Virus record (IMG/VR): IMGVR_UViG_3300032320_000463 | Span: 1-60,860 of that record | Source of the DNA: a virus | Taxonomy: Duplodnaviria > Caudoviricetes | Reading direction: 5' to 3' (one strand) | DNA length: 60,860 bases | Shown: positions 17,640-26,639 of the stretch, piece after piece | Layout: each line of letters starts with the position of its first letter | Position numbering within the stretch: the first letter of the stretch is position 1 | The notes under the pieces: model-generated | The model's database searches: none | Seen by the model: the letters and a program-made list of their open reading frames with translations, nothing else | What the model was told of the DNA's origin: nothing | Program-made: the position numbers and the translations under genes

Positions 17640-18112
17640 ACGTCAGCCCCAAAGCCATCAAGATGATCTCACACCATGAGGGTGTGAGACAAAAGCCATA
17701 CCGCTGTCCGGCGCGGCTTTGGACGATTGGTGTGGGCCACGTTCTTTATCCTGAGCAAGGCAAACTCAAAATAGACGACCGCGATGGCTTTCCTCTGCGT
17801 CCAGAGGATGACCGCAAATTTTCAATGGAAGAGGTAGATGGAATACTACGTGCAGACTTGGATCGCTTTGAACGGGGTGTTGCAAAGTTTGTTCCCGTTG
17901 CCCTTACCCAAGGCCAGTTCGATGCTCTTGTTTCTTTTAGCTTTAATGTTGGTCTGGGCACACTACAGCGAAGCACCCTCCGTCAGAAGGCTCTTCGGGG
18001 CGATATGGAAGGCGCTGCGGAAGAATTGTTGAAGTACTGCATGGCTGGTGGCAAAATACTCAAAGGCCTGCAAAACCGTCGGATTGATGAGCGGGCTGTG
18101 TTTCTTTCATAG
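17636..18112 (+). CDS. Endolysin, GH24 phage lysozyme
   Basis: HEG...WTIGVGH...QFDALVSFSFNVG...GLQNRR. Confidence 0.92.
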   Translation: MNVSPKAIKMISHHEGVRQKPYRCPARLWTIGVGHVLYPEQGKLKIDDRDGFPLRPEDDRKFSMEEVDGILRADLDRFERGVAKFVPVALTQGQFDALVSFSFNVGLGTLQRSTLRQKALRGDMEGAAEELLKYCMAGGKILKGLQNRRIDERAVFLS

Positions 18113-18120
18113 GACAGCCC

Positions 18121-20220
18121 ATGCCATTACAAAAATTCTTGTTCAAGCCCGGGGTTAACCGGGAGAACACGCGCTATACCACTGAAGGCGGCTGGTATGA
18201 GTGCGACAAGATTCGTTTTCGTCAGGGCAATCCCGAAAAGATTGGCGGCTGGACTCCGTTTGCAGGTGGCGTATTCCTTGGAATTTGTCGCTCTCTGTGG
18301 AACTGGATTACCCTTGCGGCGTTAAACCTAGTGGGTGTTGGCACAAACCTCAAGTTCTACATCATGAGTGGGGGCCTGTACTACGACATCACTCCCATCC
18401 GTAAAACAATCACGCTAACCAATCCGTTCACGGCCACTTTAGGTTCTTCGGTTGTTACGGTTACTGACGCAAATCACGGTTGTGTAGCGGGTGACTTTGT
18501 TACATATAGCGGTGCGGGTATCGTAGGACTTGGTGGCAACATCACTGCGGCAGTGCTTGCAAATACATTCCAAATTACCTTTATTAATAACAACACTTAC
18601 TCCATTACGGTATCCGCTACTGCAAACGCTACAGACGTTTCTGGCTCTCCCGGCGGCGGTACGGTCGTAACGCAGTACGAAACTAATACTGGGCCGTCTT
18701 ATCAGATTCCTTTGATTGGCTGGGGCGGCGGTACATGGGGCGGCGGCACTTGGGGTATTGGATCGAGCAGCTCTACTTCCTTGCAGTTGTGGAATCAGCA
18801 AAACTTTGGTGAAGACCTAATCTACGGGCCACGTGGGCAAGGCGTCTACTACTGGAACGCCAACGTAGGTTTTTCGCCTATTCAGATCACCATATCTATT
18901 GCAGCTCCCGGTGTTATTACGCTGCCTGCTGGGTTTTCGTTTCCTGATGGCACAACGATCACGTTTACATCGACAGGCGCTTTGCCTACTGGTTTAACTG
19001 TGGGGCAGGTCTATTTTGTCGTGAACTCCACAGGTGGCACATTCAATGTGTCCACATCTATTAACGGCACACCAATTACTACATCAGGTGGCCAATCAGG
19101 CATTCAGCGTATATCCCAACGGGGCATTGACTTGGCAGACGCTGGGGATAACGACACACCACTATTCCAAAACTTTCTTATTGTTTCGGATGCCAGTCGT
19201 TTTGTTTTGGTGTTTGGCACGAATGACTATGGCAGTACTACCTTAAACCCCATGCTGATCCGCTGGTCAGACCAAGAAGACCCGTTCACATGGACACCTC
19301 AAGCTACCAACCAAGCGGGTAGTTTGCAACTCTCTCACGGCTCATCCATCGTTACAGCCGTTCAGTCGCGCCAAGAGATTGTGGTGTTTACCGATTCATC
19401 TCTCTATTCATTGCAGTACGTAGGCCCACCCTTTGTTTGGACTGCCCAACTAATTGCTGACAACGTGTCTATCGTTGGCCCCAATGCCGCTGTTATTGCT
19501 TCCGGTGCGGTGTACTGGATGGGTATTGACAAGTTCTATAAATACGATGGCCGTGTGCAAACATTGAACTGCGACTTGCGCCGTTATGTTTTTAGCGACT
19601 TCAACATTTTGCAGTCTCAACAAGTCTATGCGGGAACCAATGAGGGCTTCAATGAAGTCTGGTGGTTCTACTGCTCGGCAGATGCAATTTCAAGCGACCG
19701 CTATGTGATCTACAACTACGTAGAAAACGTATGGTATTACGGTAACTTAGGACGTTCTGCTTGGTTGGACTCTGGCTTGTTGCCCCGCCCTGTTGCCGCT
19801 ACGTACGATAGCGAATTGGTGCAGCATGAAGATGGCGTAGATTCTTATGTGTTGGGTACGCAAACTGCGTTGACTGCCAATATTTCTTCTTCTGAGTTTG
19901 ATATTGGTGACGGCCACAACTTTGGTTATGTATGGCGTATTGTTCCTGACTTGACGTTTACAGGGTCGGATACTTCTCCCACACCTGCGGTGACTATGAC
20001 GTTGTACCCTATGCAGAGCTCAGGGTCTGGCACTGGCAATACGGCTGCGGCTAACGTAACCAAAGGCTCCAACTACGTAATTACCGAAGAGTACACGGGG
20101 ATTATCTATACCCGCGCTCGTGGTCGTCAGATGATTTTTAAGATTTCATCAGATCAGATTGGTACGACATGGCAACTGGGCGCTCCTAGACTCGACATCA
20201 AAGCTGACGGGCGTAGATAA
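18121..20220 (+). CDS. Putative tail tubular protein B / nozzle
   Basis: KIRFRQGNPEKIGGW; IRWSDQEDP...AGSLQL; ends DGRR; lies before the ejection genes. Confidence 0.7.
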   Translation: MPLQKFLFKPGVNRENTRYTTEGGWYECDKIRFRQGNPEKIGGWTPFAGGVFLGICRSLWNWITLAALNLVGVGTNLKFYIMSGGLYYDITPIRKTITLTNPFTATLGSSVVTVTDANHGCVAGDFVTYSGAGIVGLGGNITAAVLANTFQITFINNNTYSITVSATANATDVSGSPGGGTVVTQYETNTGPSYQIPLIGWGGGTWGGGTWGIGSSSSTSLQLWNQQNFGEDLIYGPRGQGVYYWNANVGFSPIQITISIAAPGVITLPAGFSFPDGTTITFTSTGALPTGLTVGQVYFVVNSTGGTFNVSTSINGTPITTSGGQSGIQRISQRGIDLADAGDNDTPLFQNFLIVSDASRFVLVFGTNDYGSTTLNPMLIRWSDQEDPFTWTPQATNQAGSLQLSHGSSIVTAVQSRQEIVVFTDSSLYSLQYVGPPFVWTAQLIADNVSIVGPNAAVIASGAVYWMGIDKFYKYDGRVQTLNCDLRRYVFSDFNILQSQQVYAGTNEGFNEVWWFYCSADAISSDRYVIYNYVENVWYYGNLGRSAWLDSGLLPRPVAATYDSELVQHEDGVDSYVLGTQTALTANISSSEFDIGDGHNFGYVWRIVPDLTFTGSDTSPTPAVTMTLYPMQSSGSGTGNTAAANVTKGSNYVITEEYTGIIYTRARGRQMIFKISSDQIGTTWQLGAPRLDIKADGRR

Positions 20221-20616
20221 ATGTCGATGCTCCAAAACCGCTCGTCGCCAAATATTCCGCAAGCCCCTGCCGAGTATGATGTGGCGTACATGAACGCGTT
20301 CAGTAACGTGATTCGATTGTTTTTCAACAACATCAATACGGTTCAGCAGTTAAACTTAGCAGCATTAAATCTTGATATACGTACGCTGCCTACAGATGCG
20401 GATTACGACAACCTACGTATAGGGGATGTCTACAGGGATACGCAAGGCGGTACGATACGAACAGGCACAAATGTGCTGCGTATTAAAGTGCCTATTGAGT
20501 TGCTTGGGATACAAAGCGCGGGGGCGGTAGGCAGTGTTGGGCCTGTTGGGGGCACAATAACTCGCAATTTAACTGGTGTTTCTGGGTCCGCAGCAGTTGG
20601 CACGGTGACCCCTTAG
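20221..20616 (+). CDS. Putative tail needle or plug protein
   Basis: PQAPAEYD...IRLFFN coil; C-terminal LTGVSGSAAVG repeat. Confidence 0.45.
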   Translation: MSMLQNRSSPNIPQAPAEYDVAYMNAFSNVIRLFFNNINTVQQLNLAALNLDIRTLPTDADYDNLRIGDVYRDTQGGTIRTGTNVLRIKVPIELLGIQSAGAVGSVGPVGGTITRNLTGVSGSAAVGTVTP

Positions 20617-20648
20617 CACTAAAATGAAATGTAACTGAGGAGAACACT

Positions 20649-21509
20649 ATGGCTGGAGGTGGAATTGGTGAAGCAGCACTGATAGGCGCAGCGTTTGGCG
20701 GCGGTGCATCCGCACTAACTGGAGGTGATCCCTTAAAAGGCGCGCTGCTGGGCGGTATCACCGGCGGTGCTGGAGCTGGTATTAGTGGCGCTTTGGGGGG
20801 AGCTGCTCCTGCTGCTGCGGAGGGCGCGATTCTTTCTAATGCTGGCGCTGGTGCTACTAACATGCTTCCAACTGTAGCTCATACGGCTTCGCTAAACGCG
20901 ACTGCGGTTCCGACTGCGCTTCCAAATGCAACCCCATCCCCTACGTTTTTTGAGGGCATGCAAAGTATCGCTAAAAACCCTACCCAGTACATCTTGGATA
21001 ACAAGTACAAACTAGGTGCGGCTGGTTTGGCGGGTGCTTTGGGGTCTAGAGAAGAATTTAAACCGCCTAATGAAGAATACGATGGCCCGTTAAAGCGGTT
21101 TCGATATAACCCAGATGTATTCCGCCCTTCATTTATGGCTGAAGGTGGTATTGCTAGTTTGGCTGCTGGTGGTTATGACCGCATGGTGGGTGAAGAGCCC
21201 ATGTACCAACCTATGGCCAGAGGCGGCATATCCGATTTGGGTAGCTACTCTGATGGTGGCCGCATGCTTAAAGGCCCCGGAGACGGCATGTCCGATAGCA
21301 TCCCTGCAAGTATTTCTGGCAAACGCCCTGCACGTTTAGCCGAAGGCGAGTTTGTGGTGCCAGCCGACGTGGTTTCCCATCTTGGTAATGGCTCTACTGA
21401 TGCAGGCGCTAAGCAGTTGTATGCCATGATGAACAAAGTTCGCAAAGACCGCACTGGCCGTGCAGCACAAGGTCGGGAAATTAACCCACGTAAATACGTG
21501 CCTGCATAA
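20649..21509 (+). CDS. Putative internal virion protein
   Basis: Gly/Ala hydrophobic N-terminus; several xxxGG motifs; GPGDGMSDSIPA...LAEGEFVVPADVV. Confidence 0.65.
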   Translation: MAGGGIGEAALIGAAFGGGASALTGGDPLKGALLGGITGGAGAGISGALGGAAPAAAEGAILSNAGAGATNMLPTVAHTASLNATAVPTALPNATPSPTFFEGMQSIAKNPTQYILDNKYKLGAAGLAGALGSREEFKPPNEEYDGPLKRFRYNPDVFRPSFMAEGGIASLAAGGYDRMVGEEPMYQPMARGGISDLGSYSDGGRMLKGPGDGMSDSIPASISGKRPARLAEGEFVVPADVVSHLGNGSTDAGAKQLYAMMNKVRKDRTGRAAQGREINPRKYVPA

Positions 21510-21519
21510 AGGTAGTGAC

Positions 21520-22437
21520 ATGATCATCCCAAGTAAACATAGCGGATATCAAGCAGGTATTCGTCTTTATCCGGGCGGTATGTTTGGTGGTGGCGGTGGT
21601 GGTGTTGCCGGTGATCTCGCTCCCCCTCCTCCCCCTCCTCCACCTTGGGCTAATTTGGGTGTTAATACCGAGAGAGGGTACAACACGTTAATGTCAACAA
21701 GAGGCCAGCCCATGAGCCAAAACGCAATTGCCTACAATGATTTATTAGGTCAAGGGTTTAACAATCAGCAGATTCGTTCTTCCGCAGATACCGCAATTGG
21801 CAAACAAGGCGACGAATATTGGAACCAAATGGTTCAGGCTGCTGGGATGCAATCTCATACAGGCAGGCCTATGACGGGCTCGGCTCAGTTCTTTCAGCCT
21901 ATCCAAAAGCAACAGTACACTAACTACGCTACAACAAACCCATTGAGCGTAAGTCAATACGGCACACCTATTACGCCACGTAGTCTGGTAGACAGTGCCT
22001 ATGCTGGTGTTGGGCGATATGGTTCTGGCAGTGAAATGAATCAAGTTGATCAGGGTGGTCGGCAATATTGGGAAAACCAATTGGCTTCTGGTAGCCTTAC
22101 CCCGCAAAATTTTTTTAACACGTTTAATAATGTTATTAATCAAGCGCGGCAAGACCAGAGCAATCCGGCATATAGTCAGTTTTTGCAAAATCAAACTGGT
22201 TACAGTGGTGCGGACTTTGGTAGGGGTTACGCACGACAACCTCTGCCCCAAACGCAAACCCCATTTAATCCTTACACAAATCAGTATCAATCACCATTTA
22301 GCTACCAGCCGCCAACGCAGCCTAACTATGGGCCAAGCCAAGCTATTGTGGGCAGGTCTTCTCAAATGCGCGGTACACCCAATGTGATGCGCCGTGCTGA
22401 AGGTGGGATTGCTTCTTTACTGGATGATTCTGAATGA
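21520..22437 (+). CDS. Putative internal virion protein, Gln/Pro-rich
   Basis: RLYPGG + poly-Gly + poly-Pro; DQGGRQYWENQL; C-terminal AEGGIASL. Confidence 0.6.
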   Translation: MIIPSKHSGYQAGIRLYPGGMFGGGGGGVAGDLAPPPPPPPPWANLGVNTERGYNTLMSTRGQPMSQNAIAYNDLLGQGFNNQQIRSSADTAIGKQGDEYWNQMVQAAGMQSHTGRPMTGSAQFFQPIQKQQYTNYATTNPLSVSQYGTPITPRSLVDSAYAGVGRYGSGSEMNQVDQGGRQYWENQLASGSLTPQNFFNTFNNVINQARQDQSNPAYSQFLQNQTGYSGADFGRGYARQPLPQTQTPFNPYTNQYQSPFSYQPPTQPNYGPSQAIVGRSSQMRGTPNVMRRAEGGIASLLDDSE

Positions 22438-22865
22438 CCTTAACTGTTCATTCTGTTGATATTACTCATGTCCAGCAAGTTTGGCCTATGGTGGAAGGCT
22501 ATATCCAAGAAGCGATTGACAAGGGTGGAGAATTTCCTGAGTGGGCCAATGGATATAACCTTTCCCATGTTCAAGGTTTTGTCACCAGCGGGCAGTGGTT
22601 ACTTTTGGTGGCGGTGGATGAAGAACGCGAAATACATGGGGCAATGACGGTTTCTTTCCTTAATTATCCCTTGCATCGAGTGGCGTTTGTAACCACTACG
22701 GGTGGTAAATTTATTGCAAATTCAGAGCTTTTAGAACAATTAAAGGCTTTGGTAAAACTTCATGGTGCGACTAAGATACAGGCATCCTGCCGGGAATCTA
22801 TGGTACGCCTTTTGTCACGTGCCGGTTTCGAGCCGCGCAACACGCTAGTGGAAACACTGGTTTAA
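22434..22865 (+). CDS. Putative GNAT-fold acyltransferase-like protein
   Basis: WLLLVAVD...HGAMTV...FVTTTGG...GATKI...RAGF; lies among the ejection genes. Confidence 0.5.
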   Translation: MTLTVHSVDITHVQQVWPMVEGYIQEAIDKGGEFPEWANGYNLSHVQGFVTSGQWLLLVAVDEEREIHGAMTVSFLNYPLHRVAFVTTTGGKFIANSELLEQLKALVKLHGATKIQASCRESMVRLLSRAGFEPRNTLVETLV

Positions 22866-22875
22866 GGAGAATATT

Positions 22876-24375
22876 ATGGGTGGTGGTGGCGGCGCTCCAA
22901 CAACAACAACGGTTAATCAGTCCAATATCCCTGAGTATCTGCGTCCCCAAGTGGAGACGTTGCTTGGCGGTGCAACGCAACAGTTGTTTACCACGCAACG
23001 CAATGAAGACGGAACCTACAACATTACAGGTACTAGGCCGTTCACTCCGTACAGCGTCAGACCAGAGGATTACGTTGCTGGTTTTAGCCCTCTACAGCGG
23101 CAGGTACAAGCTAATGCAGCCAACTTACAAATGCCCGATCAGTTCAATCAGGCCACGGGCTATGCCAACGCTGCGGCTCAAGGAGGTCTTGATTCCGCTG
23201 GACGTGCCTATGGTTACGGCAATGCGGGGTTTCAATCTGGCCAATTGGGTCAGCGACTGGGCATACAGGGTGGTCAGTACTACGGTGATATGGGTGCTGG
23301 TTATGGCCGACAAGGTGCGCAATATGGCGCTAAAGCTGCTGATATCGGCCAAATGGGTCTACGTGCGGAGGAGTATGGCCGCAACGTATCAAGCCAAGCA
23401 GAAGACTATGCCCGTCAAGCAGCAAATATAGGCAATATGTATGGTCAGATGGCGACAAGCCCCGGCACGTACCAAGCGTACATGTCACCATATCAAGAAG
23501 CAGTAACTGATGTTCAGTTGCAAGGCTTACAACGCCAAGCTGATATTGCCGCCCAAAGCCGCAAAGCTCAATCCGCTAGAGCCGGTGCGTTTGGTGGTGC
23601 ACGTCAGGCTATTGAGAATGCTGAAGCTAACCGCGCACTTGCCTCTCAAATGGATGCCGTCCGTGCCCAAGGTCTACAACAAGCCTATCAACAAGCCCAA
23701 GCCAATATCGGCCAACGCGCACAACTGGGATTGCAAGGTATTCAAGGGGCGCAACAAGGGCTTGGCACTGCACTCCAAGGTGGCCAACTTGGCTTGTCTG
23801 GTATTGGTACTGCACTGCAAGGACTACAAGGCGGCATGCAGGGTTCTGGTCTGGGTATCCAAGGTGCTCAAGCTGGGCTTCAAGGCGTGGATCGTCAACT
23901 GGCTGGTACAGGCCAAGGCATGCAGGGTGCGCAGGTCGGACTCCAAGGCGTATCTGGTGCACAAGCTGGGTATAACTTAGCCAATCAAGCAGCCGCCAAT
24001 TTATCTAATATTGGTACGGCGCAACTGGGCGCTCAGACTGGCATCTTGGGATTGCAGAATCAGATCGGTGGACAACAACAAGCTCAGAAGCAACAGATCA
24101 TTAATCAAGCTATTCAGAACTACGCGCAAGCACAAGAAGCGCCGATGCAGGCATTTAATCAGTACAACGCACTGCTTCGTGGTTACGCTGTACCCGGCCA
24201 AACTGTAACTCAGTATCAAGCACAACCTACGATCATGAATCAAGCGATTGGTTTGGGTACAGCCGGTGTTGGTGCTGCGGGTTTGCTTAACGCACTGAAT
24301 AGGAAAAAAGGCGGTGTCATCCGCGAGCCTAAAGGTATTGACTCTTTGGCTCTACGTAATGTGATGGGAGCATAA
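22876..24375 (+). CDS. Putative DNA ejection/pilot protein
   Basis: MGGGGG start; YMSPY...AGAFGGARQ; long Gln/Gly heptad-like repeats. Confidence 0.65.
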   Translation: MGGGGGAPTTTTVNQSNIPEYLRPQVETLLGGATQQLFTTQRNEDGTYNITGTRPFTPYSVRPEDYVAGFSPLQRQVQANAANLQMPDQFNQATGYANAAAQGGLDSAGRAYGYGNAGFQSGQLGQRLGIQGGQYYGDMGAGYGRQGAQYGAKAADIGQMGLRAEEYGRNVSSQAEDYARQAANIGNMYGQMATSPGTYQAYMSPYQEAVTDVQLQGLQRQADIAAQSRKAQSARAGAFGGARQAIENAEANRALASQMDAVRAQGLQQAYQQAQANIGQRAQLGLQGIQGAQQGLGTALQGGQLGLSGIGTALQGLQGGMQGSGLGIQGAQAGLQGVDRQLAGTGQGMQGAQVGLQGVSGAQAGYNLANQAAANLSNIGTAQLGAQTGILGLQNQIGGQQQAQKQQIINQAIQNYAQAQEAPMQAFNQYNALLRGYAVPGQTVTQYQAQPTIMNQAIGLGTAGVGAAGLLNALNRKKGGVIREPKGIDSLALRNVMGA

Positions 24376-24377
24376 CT

Positions 24378-26633
24378 ATGGCAGGCATTGCACAAAAAAT
24401 ATTGGCTAACCCGGCTAAGTACTCACTACAACAACTTAGACAGGGCGTGGAAAATGGGATTATTCCCGCTTACATTGGCATTCCTATTATTCAAGAGAGA
24501 ATACAAGAGCAAAAAGAAGCTCAAGCCATGCCTATGGCACAAAATCAACCGCCTATTGCAGAACAAGTTTTAGCGGAGTCTTCAGGTATAGACAACCTAC
24601 CTTCTGGTCTACCCCAGTCCTATGCAGGTGGCGGCATCATTGCGTTTGAAGAAGGTGGACCTGTTGGTTACGGTATTGGCGGTGCGGTGAGGCGCCTTGC
24701 TGAGAATGCCTCTGCCCCAACAGAGTACAAAACAGCAACAGATTTGTACCGCAATATTCTTGGGCGTGAGCCTGAAAGCAAAGAAGCACTGGAGCATTGG
24801 ACTGCGACTTTGGGTGACACTATTGATGCTGAAGACGTAGCGCGTTTTACGTCTAGTGCAGCCCCTGAGTTGATTGCTCGTACTCCGGCTCACATTTCTG
24901 GTTTATATCAAAAGTATTTAAACCGTGCCCCTGATCTTGGAGGCGCTGCATACTGGGGAGAAAGGTTTGGCGATGAGGTTGATGATGATGAACTGGCTAC
25001 GTTTACTCGAGCGGCTCAAGATGAGATAGCTGCTCGTGCTCCGGCTAACACCGGTGGCGGTGGCGGTGGCGGTGGCGGTGGCGGTCGCAATGACCTAGCC
25101 AGAGCCGCAATAGATTCAGGAATATCTTATCTTGTAGGCCCAATGTTTGATTATGCAAACGCTGGGAGTCAGTTCTTGCAAGGCAACCTTCCCGGCGCTG
25201 CAACCAGTCTTGCATCCGGTTTAACAGGTGGCATATCAAATGTCTTTAGTGGGTTCAGATTTAAAGAAGGTGGCCCTGTTGAGCGTTATCAAAGTCAAGG
25301 TCTAGTTGGTACAGGTGAAAGTGAAAGAAAACGTGTTGAAGAAACAATTGCCAAGTTACGCACCTATGGTTTGCGCCAACGTCAACTAGACCCACAAGGA
25401 TACGCCGCCGCAGAAGCTGCCGCTAAAGAAGCACAAGATGCTCTATCCAACGTTGAACGTGGAATAACTGGTGGCCCTGCTGGAGCAATGGGTAGATCTA
25501 TGGGGGTTGCTGCGCTTCCATCTGCTGTAACGTCTGTGGCTACTCCTATCATCCCATATGGCCAGAGCAAAGCCAATATTTTTGGTGAAAAAACTCCCCC
25601 TGCGGCTCCCGCCCCTGCTCTCGCCGCTGCCCCTGCCGCTGTCCCCGCAACCCCCGTAATCTCCGGTGCCGGTAGTTTCAAGATGCCTACGCTACCTAGC
25701 CTTACTTTGCCTACTGGTCGTGCCCCGACAGACCTCAACGCAATTGTTGGAGACATGCCCGCGAAAACCAAAAAAGTATTTGAAGACAAAGTAACTGAAG
25801 CGCAAGGAGTATACGAAGCCTTTGACAAACCCGGCAACGAAGCGCGAGAAAAAAAATTCCTTGCGCGTGAAGCTGGTCTTGAAAAAGACTCGGCAATGAA
25901 TCGCGCTTTGAACTTAATGAGCCTAGGCTTTGGCATTGCTGGTAGCAAAGAGCGTACTGTTGCAGGTGCTTTGGGCAATGAAGGTCGTCAAGGAATCGCC
26001 GATCTAATCAAAGGCGAAGCTGCAAACCGTGCTGCTAAAGATAGACTGGATGATGCACGTGACAACTTTGAGCAACAAAAAGTTGCGGCCAAGAAAGGTA
26101 ACTACCAAGCGGCTCAACAAGCAGGCCAACGTGCGGCTGATGATTTACGCGCTGGTACTCAATTGACCCTGCAAGCCGGGCACTTTGGTAACACTGAAGC
26201 TAATCAACGGTTACAACTTGAACAACAAGGTGCAATTGCCAAAACTCAACTTGAACAACAAGGCATATTAGGGTTGAGTGAGTTAGGGCTTAAAAAAGAC
26301 CAACTTAACCAAAATGCAGCTATTGCTAGGGCACAACTGCAATTAGGTCGAGAAAGGCTTGGTGTTATTAAAGACCAAATTGCAGCGGGTAACGAAAAGG
26401 CTAGAGCAACTTTACTGCAAGCAGAAACTAAAGCCGCCTCCACATGGCAAAGTAGCCCGGACTACCAGAAAGCGCAAACACAATCCAAAAAAATGGCACC
26501 AATTGAAGCTCAAAAGTTTATGTATCAAGAATGGTTGAGATATAAAGATAATATGTTGCCTTCATTGCTTGCTGGTCAAGGCGGCGGTGCTAATATTCCT
26601 ACGTGGGCAGAAGCAATGAAAGCTGTGGAGTAA
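24378..26633 (+). CDS. Putative ejection protein with two DUF4214-like helical modules
   Basis: LYRNILGREPE...EHW and LYQKYLNRAPD...AYW. Confidence 0.6.
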   Translation: MAGIAQKILANPAKYSLQQLRQGVENGIIPAYIGIPIIQERIQEQKEAQAMPMAQNQPPIAEQVLAESSGIDNLPSGLPQSYAGGGIIAFEEGGPVGYGIGGAVRRLAENASAPTEYKTATDLYRNILGREPESKEALEHWTATLGDTIDAEDVARFTSSAAPELIARTPAHISGLYQKYLNRAPDLGGAAYWGERFGDEVDDDELATFTRAAQDEIAARAPANTGGGGGGGGGGGRNDLARAAIDSGISYLVGPMFDYANAGSQFLQGNLPGAATSLASGLTGGISNVFSGFRFKEGGPVERYQSQGLVGTGESERKRVEETIAKLRTYGLRQRQLDPQGYAAAEAAAKEAQDALSNVERGITGGPAGAMGRSMGVAALPSAVTSVATPIIPYGQSKANIFGEKTPPAAPAPALAAAPAAVPATPVISGAGSFKMPTLPSLTLPTGRAPTDLNAIVGDMPAKTKKVFEDKVTEAQGVYEAFDKPGNEAREKKFLAREAGLEKDSAMNRALNLMSLGFGIAGSKERTVAGALGNEGRQGIADLIKGEAANRAAKDRLDDARDNFEQQKVAAKKGNYQAAQQAGQRAADDLRAGTQLTLQAGHFGNTEANQRLQLEQQGAIAKTQLEQQGILGLSELGLKKDQLNQNAAIARAQLQLGRERLGVIKDQIAAGNEKARATLLQAETKAASTWQSSPDYQKAQTQSKKMAPIEAQKFMYQEWLRYKDNMLPSLLAGQGGGANIPTWAEAMKAVE

Positions 26634-26639
26634 CCCGCA

